Assembly: GCF_009914755.1 (NCBI RefSeq)
Contig: NC_060928.1
Source: the human T2T-CHM13v2.0 reference genome, Homo sapiens
DNA: 64,000 bases
Reading direction: 5' to 3' (one strand)
Both the position numbers and the translations under genes were made by a program. Shown piece by piece: positions 23,297 to 37,835 of the stretch. How positions within the stretch are numbered: the stretch's first letter is position 1; each line of letters begins with the position of its first letter. The notes under the pieces were generated by a model. It worked only from the letters and a program-made list of their open reading frames with translations, made no database searches and was not told where the DNA came from.

Positions 23297-25224
23297 GAGG
23301 TGATGGCAAAAAAAATCGTAATTTTTACCCTCACCAGGATGCCACTGGTTGGTTGGTACAAATTAAGCAGAATCTATGATTTGATCATTTAAATTTAATA
23401 GAGGGAAATCTTCAGCAAAAAGTTTAGTACAGTTCACTACCATCTCTTAGAGAAAAATCTGCCCACGCACAGCTTTTAGTGTCCATCTCCTCTGGGACCT
23501 CTGTGTTCTGGGTACTTCTGCTCTGTATAGGCAACGAGCTCTGTTGGGTCACATAGCTACCTCGTATCTTGTAGAAAGGCATTTTTATTCCCGTGCCATC
23601 ATAGCTAATTCCACTGCCTCTTATTAGAGAACTGCTTAGACCTAAGAAATTTGCTTTTTAGTGATGGTTTCTATCTTGTCTCCATATCTGTTTCAACCGG
23701 AAAAACTTTTGCAACATATTCCTGAGATGAAACTAGCATAGGTGGTTCTGAAGCCAGTGTTCCTTGGGCTGTGATGTGGCCCACGGTCCCTTCCGTGTGC
23801 TCCTCAGGGCACTGTCTCTTCACTGCTTGTGAATTCTACAGTTTCTCAGTCAGTTTCCTTCATAATAAAGGAAACCAATGAAAGTCCCCCTACAATAACT
23901 GTATCACCTTGAAACACATCTAGTATTTCTTTTGAGCAGTTTCCACTTGAGTCTCTGAATGAGCCTCATAAATTCACCATCATTTTCTTGGCCCCAAATA
24001 GAGAGAGTAATCAGGGGCTGTTAATTGCTGATCTATTGCTGCCTACCCAAGCCTGACACTAACCATTTAAAGACAGAATGTCAGAAGTAGCACAGAGCAC
24101 ACACGAAACCCAGCTGCCTTGTAGTTTAAAGCCTTGTAGTTTAAAAACAACGATATCAAGTTCTACAATTGTACAGAAAAACTTGTTCTCTTTATAGTTT
24201 AATTCTTGCCTCAGCTGCCCTTGAGCTCTAAGACCTCTGCAGCCACTGACATCTGTTGTGGTTTTTGCTGTCCACATAACATATGCAACTGTATTTCAGG
24301 GTCAGGAAGCAACAAGCTCCAGGCTGCCTGTGCCTGTGAAAGGCTTTCACTGCCTTGAGCATCTTTGTCAAGGACCTTCTAGACTTAGCTCCGTAAGTCA
24401 TAGAGAAATATTTTGTCATAGAGAAATACACCGTAATCTATATTCATAGATCCAGATCAGAATATTGTGTGCCCTGCGTCTTAAAGGTGCTGGCCCTTGC
24501 CATGATATTTAAAAGCTGGTTCAGTATATGCCATAACAAACTTCAAAATATTCTGCTCCAAAACCCGATGAAGACTCCAAACCACATGTCTTTGCCCCAA
24601 TTAAAAGTCTCTCCATGTGTTATTTTCTTTTTCTCCTCAGCTTTGCTCATTGCATCTTATTTGGCAGTATTCCCATCAAAATACACCAAATGTTGTTTCC
24701 TTTAAGGTAATCCCTCAAATTTGCAGGTCCCCCTAATGATGGCGGACCTGCCTGCAGAAAGCAGTAGTGACTGTGCTCTTTCTGCCAAAGGCTGAGCACC
24801 AAGGAGATGAATGGAAAGCAGCTGAGCTGAACACGCCCCATTTATCTTCCCAAACTTACCAACTAGAAAAGATACTCCAATGTGGTTGTGTTTGATTTAG
24901 GGAAAGTGCAGGAAGAAGTGCGGAGTACGTTACACTAATTGAATACCCTCCATAGGAAGAAAACATCAGGAGTGAGGAGAAAGTTTTGTCTTTTAACTAC
25001 GTGACTGAGAGGCTCTTTTAGGCTTGTAACGGAGATTTAAAGGAGCAAAGCATTTTTTTACCCTAGGAGAAGGTTGAGTATTCTTGTGCAAGTGTAGCTA
25101 TTGCTATGTAACACTATAATATTTCCACTGTGGAATTTGGGGAAGAGATAGACACGTTCACCAGGACAGAGTGAATTTTGTTAGAGGAATCTGCTCTTCC
25201 TCCACACCTGCCCTCTGCAGTGCA

Positions 25225-26770
25225 CCTCACAGTGATCTGACTTCAGACCCCTTTCGTTCCCTAAACCATCTTGCTTCAATGTCAACAGCGATCTCCTGAG
25301 GGCCAAATCCAGCAAACATTTCCCAGTTCTCCTCCAACGTGATTGCTCTTTGATGTCTGAATCTATGCTTTTGGAAATCGTTTTCAATGTCTCTTTTTCA
25401 AAACTCTCATCTTCCTTGGCTTCCTTAACCCTGCATTCTCCAGGGTCGTTAGCTGGACCTCTGAAAGCTCCTCTCCTTTCTCCTCCTCTAAGACATCATC
25501 CTTTGTGCACTCCTTGAACAAAGTAATTCCTTAGGTGTCTGCCCCCAGCTCCGCTGGCATCTAGTTGTAGACTTTTTACCTTGGCAATGTACTTTTGGCT
25601 GTGGTTTCTACAACAATCCCCATGAAAGTAACTCGGCTGTAAATGAAACTCTCAACTTTCTACGGAACATACATGTATTTTCAATATTCAAAGTAAATAT
25701 GTCCAACACTAATTTTTTTTTATCAGAACTTGCTTTCCTTTATATATTCATTTCCTCAGTCAATCAGATCCTCATTCTTAAGTCACTGAGGTCAGAAATT
25801 GCCTGGTCACATAGTCATGTTGAAGGCTGTTTATCTTAGAGATTTGTCATGCTCTGGAATTAGTTAGATCTAGGTTCAGCCCCAGCTCTGCAATTACCAG
25901 CTATGTGATCTTCAGCAAGCTACCGAATTCCCATCCCTTCCCTTATCTGTAAAACAGACATAGTAAGCAGAACGCACCTCACAGGGCTGTTAAGGAAGAT
26001 TTAATGAGATAAATGTGCATGGAGTCCTTAATACACTGGTGGACGCAGAGAAATCTGATATTTACCTGTTATTACAGTGTTTGTTGTAACTCTGGATTGT
26101 CTTTAAATTATGTGCCCTTCTTTTATATCTGCTGCCATTACCTTATTTCCTTTCCTCATGTGAATTATTGCATCCGACTAGTTTCTTTGTTTATAGTTTC
26201 TCACCCTTTAAATCCATCATTTCTACTGTCACAAACTTTACCTTATGATAGCCCAGACCTATTCATGCCACACTCTGCTGCTTTAATACCCTACTGGCTC
26301 CTGTTAGTCTACAAAATAATGTTCAGTCCCTAGCATGGTAGCCAGGGCTTTTAATAATATGCTTACAACCTGCTTTCTTCCTCACACACTTAGGCTGCAG
26401 GCATGCTGGACTTTTCACTGTCCCTGAGTGCACTTTCATAAACACATGACTTTTTGGCAAAAAAAGAAAAGGAAAAAAAAAAATCTCAGCCTGAAATTCT
26501 CTAAGCTGTTCATGCTGCAAATATGAACGAAAATTTTTTTCTTTTCTACTTGATTGACAAATTTTATCTTACTGTCCTCGTGCATGTATACATTCATATA
26601 TATACACAATATTTATATTTAACCTCATAACAGTGGTTTACTTGTTCATGCCTGCAACAACGTTTTAAGCTCCTTAAAAGCAGGGACCATGACTAATTCT
26701 TCGAACTTAGTCACCATATCTAGTATGGCCATAGTGGATGATTAGAAAACACATAAGGAAATGAACTTGT
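25225..26770 (+). mobile_element. L2 LINE (ORF2 RT region to 3' end), interrupted by a MIR
   Basis: TCTGACTTCAGACCCC...GTCAACAGCGATCTCC...GCCAAATCCA...TTCCTTGGCTTCC; 3' end AAGCTCCTTAAAAGCAGGGACCATG. Confidence 0.75.
25850..26073 (+). mobile_element. MIR SINE
   Basis: GCTCTGGAATTAG...CCCAGCTCTGC...AGCTATGTGATCTT...ATCTGTAAAA...ACCTCACAGGGCTGTT...AATGAGATAA. Confidence 0.85.
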
Positions 26771-27639
26771 AACTCTAATAACCTTCTAAGTTAGGGTTTT
26801 AAGATTGTGGATTCTACTCTTTCACCAAGTTAGCTTATGTTTTGATAAGTATTTGCCTCTTTAATATTTCGATGGTACTGTGCAAGGAAATCCATGGCCT
26901 GTTAACAGCAGCTGGCCATGTTAGCTTGCCCATGAAGAACAGAGAAAATGTGGGAGGCAATACAGTGACAGTGGTGTAATTAAAATGTTAAAAATTAAAA
27001 CTGAAATGTAACTGCTAGTTATAATAAGTAAATAGATCAACATAAGATTTTTAAATTAAAGTAGCAAGAACAGTTACAGCAAGAGTCCAGATGGACAGCG
27101 TTTTCTGAAATTACTATAGGTCTCACATACCCTGAGAATCATCAGTTCCAACTTTTCTTAGAGACAGGTACAGTTAAAAGAAACCCTACTTTATTTAATA
27201 CAGGTAATCAACAGATAGTGTTCATGGGGTTCTGTTTCACAGTCTCATTTATTTCTTGGCTTTATTGAAGTTTTAGGCCCTATGTGAGCCCTGTTAAGTT
27301 AATGAACAAAAGCATCCTTTTCTAGCTTTAGTAAAACTTGACTGTAGGCTATTTCACAGTGAACACTTCTCAGATTCTTAAGCAAGGTGCCAATATGCCC
27401 TACAAGACTTTTGGAGAAAATTAAGGAAGGCATCTCAGTGTCATGTATCCGAACTGTTCCAAGTGCCTCAAAATAAATGAAAACTCTATCCACTTGGTTA
27501 AAGCACAATTTGTCCATTTAAATCTCTGATCTTACACAGCTAGTATACCCATACTTTCTCCTCTGCTTCTGATGTCCTCATTGTAAGACCTACCCACAAA
27601 TATAAATGCTAGCAAAGATGAGGCTTTCTGTTACTATTT

Positions 27640-28000
27640 CAAATAAAATTGTGATTATTTTCAAAATATGAAATCCCTTCTCATTATATAAAAATTTAAA
27701 AATACAAAAAAGAGGAAAAAATTATTTTATCATCCCCAAAGATCTGTTGTTCGTATTGTAATATTCCTAGATTTTTTCTATGTGTTTTACAAACTTTTTA
27801 TAGTTATGATCAAATAAATAGGGCACTAGAGAGTTGTGTCCTTATTTTGTCATTTAACATTATAACAAATTTTTCATGTAAATAAATCACTTATAAATAA
27901 CATTTATCAGTTTCAAAATAGTTCATCATGTGGATATATCATCACATTAACCATTCCCTTATTCTTTGTGTTAAGGTTTAAGCTATGATTAATAATTTCT
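27640..28000 (-). mobile_element. Old L1ME-like 3' fragment
   Basis: AAAATTTAAAAATACA...CATTTAACATTATA...GTTCATCATGTGGATATATCAT...TTAACCATTCCCTTATT. Confidence 0.55.
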
Positions 28001-28049
28001 TAAGCTTTGTTTCCGAAAACTTTTCTTCATGAGTAGGACAGGGAGAGAA

Positions 28050-28505
28050 AATCTATTGTTTTTGCTGTCTGCATGTTCTCCTAGCTCATGGAAACAGATT
28101 CCCACTTCCTGAGGGGATTGCATTCCATTACCTTATTGAAATCAATATTAGCCATGCAGCGGAGCACATGTGGGCATGATCTTCAGAGTACTACATTTTT
28201 CTGGAAACTGTCAATGGCTCAGAGAAAGGCATATGACCTAAGCCAGGACAATCAGTCTTTTCCAGGACTGTTTGGCTGGAATTTTCATTCAAACTGCTAA
28301 ACCAGTAATTTTGTTCATTGTTTGAGGGAATCTGCCTGAATAATGGACAAAAAGAGCTTTGAACTACATCATTTAAGTTTTGCCTTGCCTAAAATGTACT
28401 CCATGTCACTAACTTTTCAGGTATTTGCTCTAGTTTTTTAGTTTTTTTAGCCTATGCTAGTTTCAGTTTGAATACTATTGCAAGCCTGAGACCATGCCAA
28501 CTAAT
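28050..28505 (+). mobile_element. MLT1K/L-like LTR
   Basis: GGCATATGACCTAAGCCAGGACAATCAG...GAATCTGCCTGA...GCTAGTTTCAGTT...TTGCAA...AACTAATA. Confidence 0.6.
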
Positions 28506-28522
28506 AAAAATGAAATCTCCTC

Positions 28523-31385
28523 AGGATGTCAGCAAGATAGCTGAATAGGAAACCCCAGACCTTCTTTCGTCTCGGAAGCACTGATTTAACAACAGCACAC
28601 GGATCAATTCCCTTTGCGAAAAATCAAGGGAGCAGTTAAGATGCTCTTGTACCCTAGGCAAACACAAAACCAACTGCATCAAAGCTGGCAGAAAAATTAA
28701 AGAGAAAACTCTTTTGCCATAGTCCCTCCCCCTACCACAACACCAGCATATACAACAAATGCATAGACACTAACACAAAGTTATAAGGAACACAAAGAAA
28801 TAGAAAGTATGGCCCAATGAAAGAAAGAAACAATAACAATCTCCAGAAACTGATAATTTAGAAATGGAGGTAAACGAATTACCTGAAAAGGAATTCAGAA
28901 AAGCTTTCATGTAGAAATGGAGAAATAAATCTATAGGCCAATATCTCTGATAGATTTTGATTCAAAAATCCTTAACAAAATACTCACAAACAGATTCCAA
29001 GAGCACATTTAAAGGATCGTAGACCATGACCAAGTGGGAATTATCTCTGTGTAAGGATGGTTCAACACAGAGAATCAATCAATTTAATACACCGCATCAA
29101 CAGAATTAAGGATAAAAATCAAATGGTTGTACCAATAGATGCAGAAAAACATTTCACAAAATTCAGTACCCTTTTATGATAAAAACACTCAACAAACCAG
29201 GAATAAAAGGAAATTACCTCAACATAATAAAGACCACATATGAAAAGCCCACAGCTAACATCACACTTAATAGTGAAAAACTGAAAGTTTTTTGTCTAAG
29301 ACAAGGATGGCCACTCTTGTCACTTCTATTCAAAATAGTAGTGGAAATACTAGTCAGAGCCATTAGATAAGAAAAGAAAAGAAGCACCTAAATTGGAAAA
29401 GAAAAAGTAAAATTATCTGTGTTCATAAATAACATAGTCTTACATGTAGAAAACCCTAACAATTCCATACAAAAAATGTTTCCACTAATAAATTAATTCA
29501 GTAAAGTTACAGAACATAAAGTCACCATACAAAATTAATTGCATTTCTATACACTAAGAACAAACACTCTAATAAGATAATTTTATTTGTAATAGCATTA
29601 AAAGAATACAATATTTAGGAAATAACCAAAGAGGTGAGAGACTTGTGCATTGTAAACTGTAAAACTGCTAAAAGAAATTGAAGAAGGCACAAATAAATAG
29701 AAAGGCATTTCGTGTTCATGGTTGGGAAAACTCAATATTGTTAAAATGGCCAGAATACCCAAAGCAACATACAGATTCAATAGAATCCCTACCAAAATCC
29801 TAAAGATATAGAAAAAAATTCTAAAATTTATATGGAACCACAAAGGGCCTGGAAGAGCCAAAACAATCTTGACAAAGAAAAAAGCTGGAAGCCTTACAAA
29901 TTTGCTGAATTCAAAATATATTACAAAGCTACAGTAATCAAAAGGGTATGATGCTGGCATAAGGGTAGATATATAGATCAAAGCAATACAATCGAAAGCC
30001 CAGAAATAAACTCATGCATATATGGGCAGCTGATCTTCAATAAGGGTGCACAGAATATATGATGGAGAAAGGATAATCTCATCTCATCAACAAATAGGGT
30101 TAGGAAAACAGGATATCCATGCACAAAAAAATGAAATTGAACCCTAACTTTATATCATACACAAAAAATCAACTCAAAATGGATTACAGGCTTATACATA
30201 AGACCTGTAACTGTTAAACTTTTAGGAAAAAAACATAGGAGCGTCTTCCTGACGTTGGACTTGGCAATAATTTTTTGAATATGACATCAAAAGCACAGGC
30301 AACAAAAGCAAAAGTAGACAAGTGGGGCTGCATCAAACTAAAAAGCATCTACACAACAGAGGAATAAAAAGGCAACCAACAGAATGAAAAGATAACCTAC
30401 TGAATAGGATAAAATTTTTGCACACTATATAGCTGATGAGGAGTTAATATCCAAAATATATAAGAAATTTAAACAACTCAACAACAAACAAAATGAGTAA
30501 TCCAATTTAAAAATGGCAAGAGGCTTGAACAGATATTTCTCCAAAGATGACATACACATGGCCAAGTATATGGGAAGATTCTCAACATCATTAGCCATTA
30601 GGGAAAGGCAAATCAAAACCACAATGATATATTACCTCATACCTGTTTGGATGGCCATTATAAAAACAAAAACAGAAAATAACAAGTGTAGGTGATGATG
30701 TGAAGAAATTGGAATCCTTGTACACTGTTGGTGGAAATGTAAAATGGTGCAGCCACTATGGAAATTAATATGGAGGTTTGTTAAATAATTAAATATAGAA
30801 CTACTATATAATCCAGCAATTCCACTAATGGGTATTTATTCAAAATAATTAAAATCAGGATCTCAAAGAAATATTTGCACTCCCATGTTCATTGCAATTT
30901 TATTCACGATTGCCAAGAGGTGGAAACAACCTAAATGCCCATCAACAGCTGAATGGATGAAAGAATATGTGTATAAACATAGAATGAATATTACTCCACC
31001 AGAATGAAGAAGGAAATTCTGTAATATGCTACATGGATGAAACTTGGGACATTATGCTACATGAAATGTCAGTCAAAGAAAAACAAATGCTGCATGATTC
31101 CATTTACATGAGGTATCTTTAAACTCATCAAAGCAGAAAATAGAATGGTGTGTGCTAAGGGTTGAGGGAGCTGGAAATGGGAAACTTCTGTTTAATGGGT
31201 ATAAAGTTTCAGTCATGCAAGATGAAAAAACATCTAGTGATCTGCTATACAACATTGTGCTATAGTTAATATAATATTGCACACTTATAATGTTATATGA
31301 TAATATAATAATATCATATTGCACACTTAAACATTTTTATAAGAAGGTAGATCTCATGTTATGTGATTTTTTACTACAACACAAA
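28523..31385 (+). mobile_element. L1MA9/10-age LINE-1 with both termini but large internal deletions
   Basis: 5' end AGGATGTCAGCAAGATAGCTGAATAGGAA; ORF1 start ~28755-28910; ORF2 from TATAGGCCAATATCTCTGAT (~28932), including [39 protein letters not shown]; 3'UTR GGGTATAAAGTTTCAGTCATGCAAGATGAA...GGTAGATCTCATGTTA. Confidence 0.9.
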
Positions 31386-31490
31386 GTTAGATCTTCCCAC
31401 CACATTTACCGATACAGATATGAATATTTGTGTTTCTTCATAAGCCTCATACAATTGCTATCCCAAAGTCTTGTATCAAGTCATATTTTT

Positions 31491-31800
<310 letters not shown>

Positions 31801-32389
31801 TTATAGCATGTTAATGGAATCTCTTATGCTTCATCCATGTTGAAAATGAGTATTTTCATTTTTAAGTGTTGCTTGTATTTTATTGGCCAAAATTATTTCA
31901 CTGTTTATTTCTGTTATTGAATTACCTGTAAATCTTATAATGCCTTAATAGGTCACTATTTTTGTCTTTGTCTATGGGGGGGTTGATACTGTAGGGGAAG
32001 AGCGAAATAATGTGGCTCCTAAGGAGGAAAGTAATTAAGAAAATTCCTACTGTTTTAAACTTGAATCTCTATAAATGCCCAAATTAGGGGCTTACTCATT
32101 GGAATTATTCCTTTCTAATTTCTTCTCTTTCCCGCTAACAGAGATAGGCATTCTTGGAAACAACATGTTTTGAAGACTGTGGTTGATTTTCTCAAATTTT
32201 CAGGAACAACACCGCTGACCCATGGTAGAAACAGTGTTCTAACAGAGCTGGAAGGTGCTAGTAAGTCCACAGTGCTGACATTCTTTCATTTGCATTTCTG
32301 GTTAACCTGCTCCTCAGAAAAGAAGTCTGTCATATAAAGTTTGGTGTAACTTCTTCAGTGATTCCCCTGCAATCTGATACAGACTTGGG

Positions 32390-32515
32390 CTCACACCTTT
32401 TTTGGAGGTAGGGATCTTGTCTGGCGTAGTCAACAGTACATCTCAAGAGCTCATTATATTTCTTTACACATAGTAAGTGCTCAGTAAAAATTTGTTCAAT
32501 ACAAACAAATAAATT
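32390..32515 (+). mobile_element. L2 3' end
   Basis: ACATAGTAAGTGCTCAGTAAAAATTTGTTCAAT. Confidence 0.55.
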
Positions 32516-32637
32516 TTTAAAAGAGAATACCAATATTGTTTGGACAGGAGAAATTCTTTCTAGCTCATATCACTTTTCAATAATTAGAAAAGATGACTTG
32601 GAAACTTTTACCAAGATAGTAACAAGCACTTCTCTGT

Positions 32638-32765
32638 ATAGAATTTTAGAGCTGCAAGGGACTTTGAAAAATAGCCTATTTAATTTACATACAAAAGTAC
32701 TGAGACACACTCATTAAAGGCAGAGACCAGATCAGAAGCCAGGTTTTTTTGCTTTAACCATTCTG
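32638..32765 (-). mobile_element. MIR3/MIRc-like fragment
   Basis: TAGAATTTTAGAGCTGCAAGGGACTTTG...GGCAGAG...AGAAGCCAGGT. Confidence 0.5.
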
Positions 32766-33129
32766 TCTTTCCTCTGGAGGAAAATCACTTTGCACATATC
32801 ATCAGCTCTTAAGTTTGATCTCTGGCAAAGAAATAATAATTGATCTAATTATTTCACATTTCAGAACAACAGTTAAGTTTACAAATGAGTAAATTTATTT
32901 TGTTTATAGGTTTCCCCTTTGAATTTTAATTTCTTTTTAATGAGCTAGAATTTCCTTTGACTTCTAAGATTTTAAGTCAAAACTAATAATTACTGATAGC
33001 TGCAAAATATACTATGTTTAGACTGCTCTAAGAATAAATAGCTGTCAAATGTGTTAAGCTTTCATGGCAGATTAGATAATATTCTGAATCATTTGAAGGT
33101 ATGTATTCATTCATAACACATTAACATTC

Positions 33130-33680
33130 ATTCATTGAAAACATTTTCTGCCTAAACAATCTTCAAAGATTTTCTACTCTCTGAAGAATAAAGTACAAAC
33201 CCCTTCTTGGTATTCGTGCTCTAAGACTTGCCTCTAGAGTACTTTTAAAATTTTCCTTTATTTCTTCTTAGCTTACCTTAAACTCCAAACAAATTGACGT
33301 GCTTATCGTTTCTTGTAGCTACCCTTAGTTTTCTAACCTTGTTGCTTTTGTTAATCCTTGTGTCCTTAATGTGGAGGTATTCATTCCTTACTCATTTATT
33401 CATAAACGAATACAACTAGTTCAAGACCTATCTCAAGTGTTGGCTTCTTAAGCTTTTGTTTTACATTCCTCCCCTCTGAAATATTCTCTCTCTTCCACAT
33501 ACTCCTAATATTTTATCTGATGCTTCAATGCCCCTGTTCCTTTTGACATTGTATCATGGTACTTTAAGTAACTTTTTATCTGCTTATAAATTCCTTAAAA
33601 AATATTCTTTATCTGATTTCTCTTCATAATCTCTGTAGCAACTTTTTCATTGTGGGTTTTCAATAAACCTGGAAATAATA
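33130..33680 (+). mobile_element. L2 fragment, degraded
   Basis: GAATAAAGTACAAACCCCTT...TTCAAGACCTATCTCAAGTGT...ATAAATTCCTTAA. Confidence 0.5.
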
Positions 33681-33924
33681 TATCTATTAACAACACAATG
33701 CAAAGGAAAATGACTTTTAAAAAGAGATAAACTGTCGTATTTTTATTTTAGGACTCTATAATTAATGATTGAAAATGCCTTAAAAGACCCTTATGGGAAA
33801 CTGTTAAAAGTGTTTTGTTTGTTTGTTTTTAAATAAAAAGTTATTTAGCATGAACATACCTAGAAAAATGAAATGAGTTGTATAAATTCAGTGTGTAAAT
33901 GTAAATGAATAAAATAATATGTGT

Positions 33925-35195
33925 TAGATGGGGTGACTGGTAATATACCAGCAGTCCTGCCATAAACAACTTTAAAACTGGAAAAACATGTGAAGCAAAC
34001 ATTTTCAGGCAGCAGCCAACAGCAGTGCAAGACTGTGCACACTGACAGAAGGGAATCTCTCCCTATGCTCCCATGATTGCCCAGCTTTCTGACAGCCAAT
34101 TCCCTGACTATGGTGCAAGGAGCCCCAGTCTGAGGAGAGAATGTGGTACTCAGAGAAACCGAAGAGACAGAGATCAGAGTTGAGGGCAGCTTAGGCAGGA
34201 TAGAGTAGGGCATGAAAGACAAGGGAAATTGGCAAGAGAGGTGACTCCAAAAGCTTATGCACAACAATGCCAAGAGTCATCCTCAGTGGTTAGGGGATGG
34301 GTTGTCCACGGATAGGGAAAGACCACATGGTGCTTACCAGATTAAAGTACTACAGGATTAACAGTGCAATACAAATACTATAAAATGAGCAGTGCTGGAG
34401 AAGAGCAGGTCTAGACATACTTTGGAGTATGTCTTGACATCTACCTCCTTCTTACCTTTGGCATTCTGCTATCACAATAGTAAGAAATCCCTGGCATTAG
34501 CTAGACACCATAAAATCTTCACATTAGGTTTGAGGACCAATCTCTCTAATTTCTACTATAGGTCTACCCTAGCAAAGCATAAAATGAAGCCCCATCAATA
34601 TCTGGGCTTCATCCAGATCTGTACTAGCAAAGCGAAAGTTCAAGTCCAAGTAAGATCAATATGATCAGTCAGTAATTAGCCTACCTTCTAAAACAAGAAC
34701 GAACAGTTTTCAGAAAAAGATTTTTAAAATCTAGAGGCTTAACAATGTATTATTCAAAATGTCCAGTATTTTCATTTAAAAAAATCACAAGGCAATCAAA
34801 GAGACATAAAAATTTGATCCTTAGTCAAGAAAAAAGTGATTAATGGAAACCAAACCTTAGATGGCCTACTTGTTGAACTTAAACAGGGAAAGACCTTAAA
34901 GCCACTAACATAAATTTATCTTAAAAGGGAAATTATAGTCTTAATGAGTGAGAGAATGGGGATCCCTACAGAAAAATGAAAACTATGAAATAAGAATCAA
35001 CTGAAAATGCTGAAATAAAACAAATACAGTAACAGAAATAAGAAAATTTTTAAGGGCTTAAGACCAGATTTAAGATGGAAAAAATAGTAAGTAAACTTGA
35101 TTACAGGTAAAGAGAAATTATTTTATTTTAGTAACAGAGAGAAAAAACAATGAGGAAAAACAAAGGCTTAGGAATGTATGGGACAATATGACAAA
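33925..35195 (+). mobile_element. Ancient L1M (L1MC/ME-type) 5'UTR and ORF1 N-terminal fragment
   Basis: TAAACAACTTTAAAACTGGA...ACAGCAGTGCAAGACTGTG; ORF1-like CAAAATGTCCAG...AAGAATCAACTGAAAATGCTGAAATAAAA...ATGTATGGGACAATAT. Confidence 0.7.
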
Positions 35196-37835
35196 TTGTC
35201 TTCCTTTAAATGAAGGAAATTTGAGAACTGCTTTGTTTTGTTTATTTTGGTATATCCCTAATTCCAGATGACGGGCAACTAAAAGTTATTGCTTAATACA
35301 TTTTTATTGAATTTAATTCTCATTAATTTTCAGAAAATCAATTACCTTAAAATATCAAATAACTGTATTTCATATGTGATATGTCTTTTTTCATCTCTAA
35401 ATTAAAAGCTCAGTTTACTAAATGAAATATTTTTATTTTTAATAAAGAATGAATCTGTGTCCTCATCAAGTACTGGCAAATATTAATATCTTAAAGAGGT
35501 TGGTATTTCCAGCACCTCAAGATTATTGACTTTTGTTCACCCTTTCCTTTAATCCAAGTCCTATTAGAAAATTTGTTCAAAATTGGACCATTTGACATAT
35601 GGATAAGAATAATCCTCTGTCAGAGAGATATGTTAAACGTTGTGACTAATTTCTGTGGAAGGCTATATTTTATCGTGTATGAATGTCTTTTATAAAGTGG
35701 ATATGCTAATTCTTGCTCAAAAGATAATTGGCGTCTATAAATGAAATCAGGACAAATAACATAAATTTAAGTTTACATGGGAAATTTTTGGTTTGGGTTA
35801 GGCTGAAACATACCATTATAATACAGTGCACTTGGAAACTGTCAGGCCTGGGAATTGCCAAACACTCGTTGGAATCAGGAGCTGCAGACAGATTTTGAAT
35901 CCGAGCCTAAGTTTACTGTCATATAAATAGAATAGTCAATTTTCTGAAAGGATATACATTCTTTTTAACCCTAGAGTATCACAAAGTCACTTATAATTTT
36001 AAGTGTTATCTTGTACTAAACGTCTGTTTCGAAGTTTAGCTCTTCTGTCTTAGGAATGAATTCTTGGAGCTCATTATGTGCCTGCATGTGATTTATCTTG
36101 AATAAAAAGTGGGCTCTCATTCAATTTTGATTACAAAGCTGTTTGTGGCTATTTGGCTTCAATCTGATTTGATTGATTTACTGCTTTTCATACTTACTGA
36201 CAAATATTTATAGTTGTAATTTATAAATAAATAAATAAAGGTACTAATTTGGGGGACATGTTTAGTGATAGGAGCTATTGCACAGAAAAAAAAACTAATG
36301 AACTTTTAAAAAAACTTCCAAATATTTTACTATTATAACATTATCTTATATATATAATTCTCCATAGAATTCAAATTATTTAACAGATAGTCCTTAGTGA
36401 AATCTATAGTCTATTGCTGACAGGTTGGGAATTGGCACACAACTATGGATATAAAATAACAGCTGTGAAGCAATAAATTATGATTTGATTCAGGTCCTTC
36501 ACTTATCAAATGAGAACTCAGGAGCTCAATAACATAACATCACTGATTTCCCTGGCCTGAATTGCTCCCACTTGCTCTAGTAAACAAATCTGTTGCATCT
36601 TTTCACCCAATCTTAACCTGGAAACCTAGCTTCACAAACCACATATCAGAACCAGCCACTGGAGTTGTAGGGATAAATATGTGCTCTGTAATGATGCATA
36701 CAAGCAGAACTTCAAGTAATACACTTTATCAGAGGCAAGTGAAAAAAATAAAGAAGGCACATGATGTTCTGCATATTTAGAAACATGTAAGTATGTATCT
36801 TTTTAACCACTGGTCTTACTGCTCTGTAGTTCTTTTTCAGCTATTGAATTGTGACTGTTATTTTCTAATATAAATGTCACTGATGCACTTCTTATTCAAG
36901 GAATTACTCTTTTCAAATCTTCCTTTTTTCGTGTATGGGACATTTTTCCAATGTGTTCACAATCAAGAAGCACTAAAAATGGATTTAAAATCTTTTATCC
37001 TAACTACATTTACAGTACACATATCCTAAATGTGAATGTTTTCCCAAAGATTTCCCTTTAATAACATCAGAAGAGTAATACTACAACATCAGAATGCTAA
37101 CCTTATTCATCATAAAATTACTAACTTTACCTTTTCTTGCTTTAAGTTGATTAGCGTTGATTAAATTAAGCTCTATAGTGATTGTTCGACATAGATATGT
37201 GTGAATTCCACTGGTGATTATAGCATACTTTTCTGTACTACTAAAAAAATTCTATGGAACATGTATCTTTATTTCAGATGTATGTTCTTAATTTGCAGTT
37301 ATAGAGTATAAGTGTATCTTGAGATAAACAGATGATGGAGTCCATATGTTTTTGCTGTAGTAAGTCCAATTCTGAAATTAAGAAAGTGGTAATCATTTTA
37401 TTCTTGACAAAATATGAGGTGCAGACAGCTATATTTTCACTTTCTGCTCAATGGAATTTCCCGTGTTAAAAGATGAAGGAAGATATGTGCGTTTTAAAAT
37501 TCTCTTTCAATTGATACTAGTACTAAAATAAACATGTAGTACCTACAAATATAGAAAGGTATTGTAGCGTACATCAGTATGTTAGATCATCTGAGTAGTG
37601 TTTATTTTTATTAATGGTTAGTGTTTGTTAGTGATTACATTTTCTACTAAGAGTACTCATGGTGCTTTGCAGTATAGAAAATCTTACTGGCCTAATCTGT
37701 AACAAATACACCTTCACTTTCACAAGAATTTTAGGTTTATTTCACAACCCTCTTGAGAACCTGTGATATGGAAGGTGCTCTGCCGGGCCCGTCATGTTGA
37801 GATCTACTCATGCTCTTGAGAGACTGCTCCTCTTA

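Noticed and set aside
29176-30695. Functional L1 ORF2
   Set aside because: Many stops and frameshifts, and the endonuclease domain is deleted.
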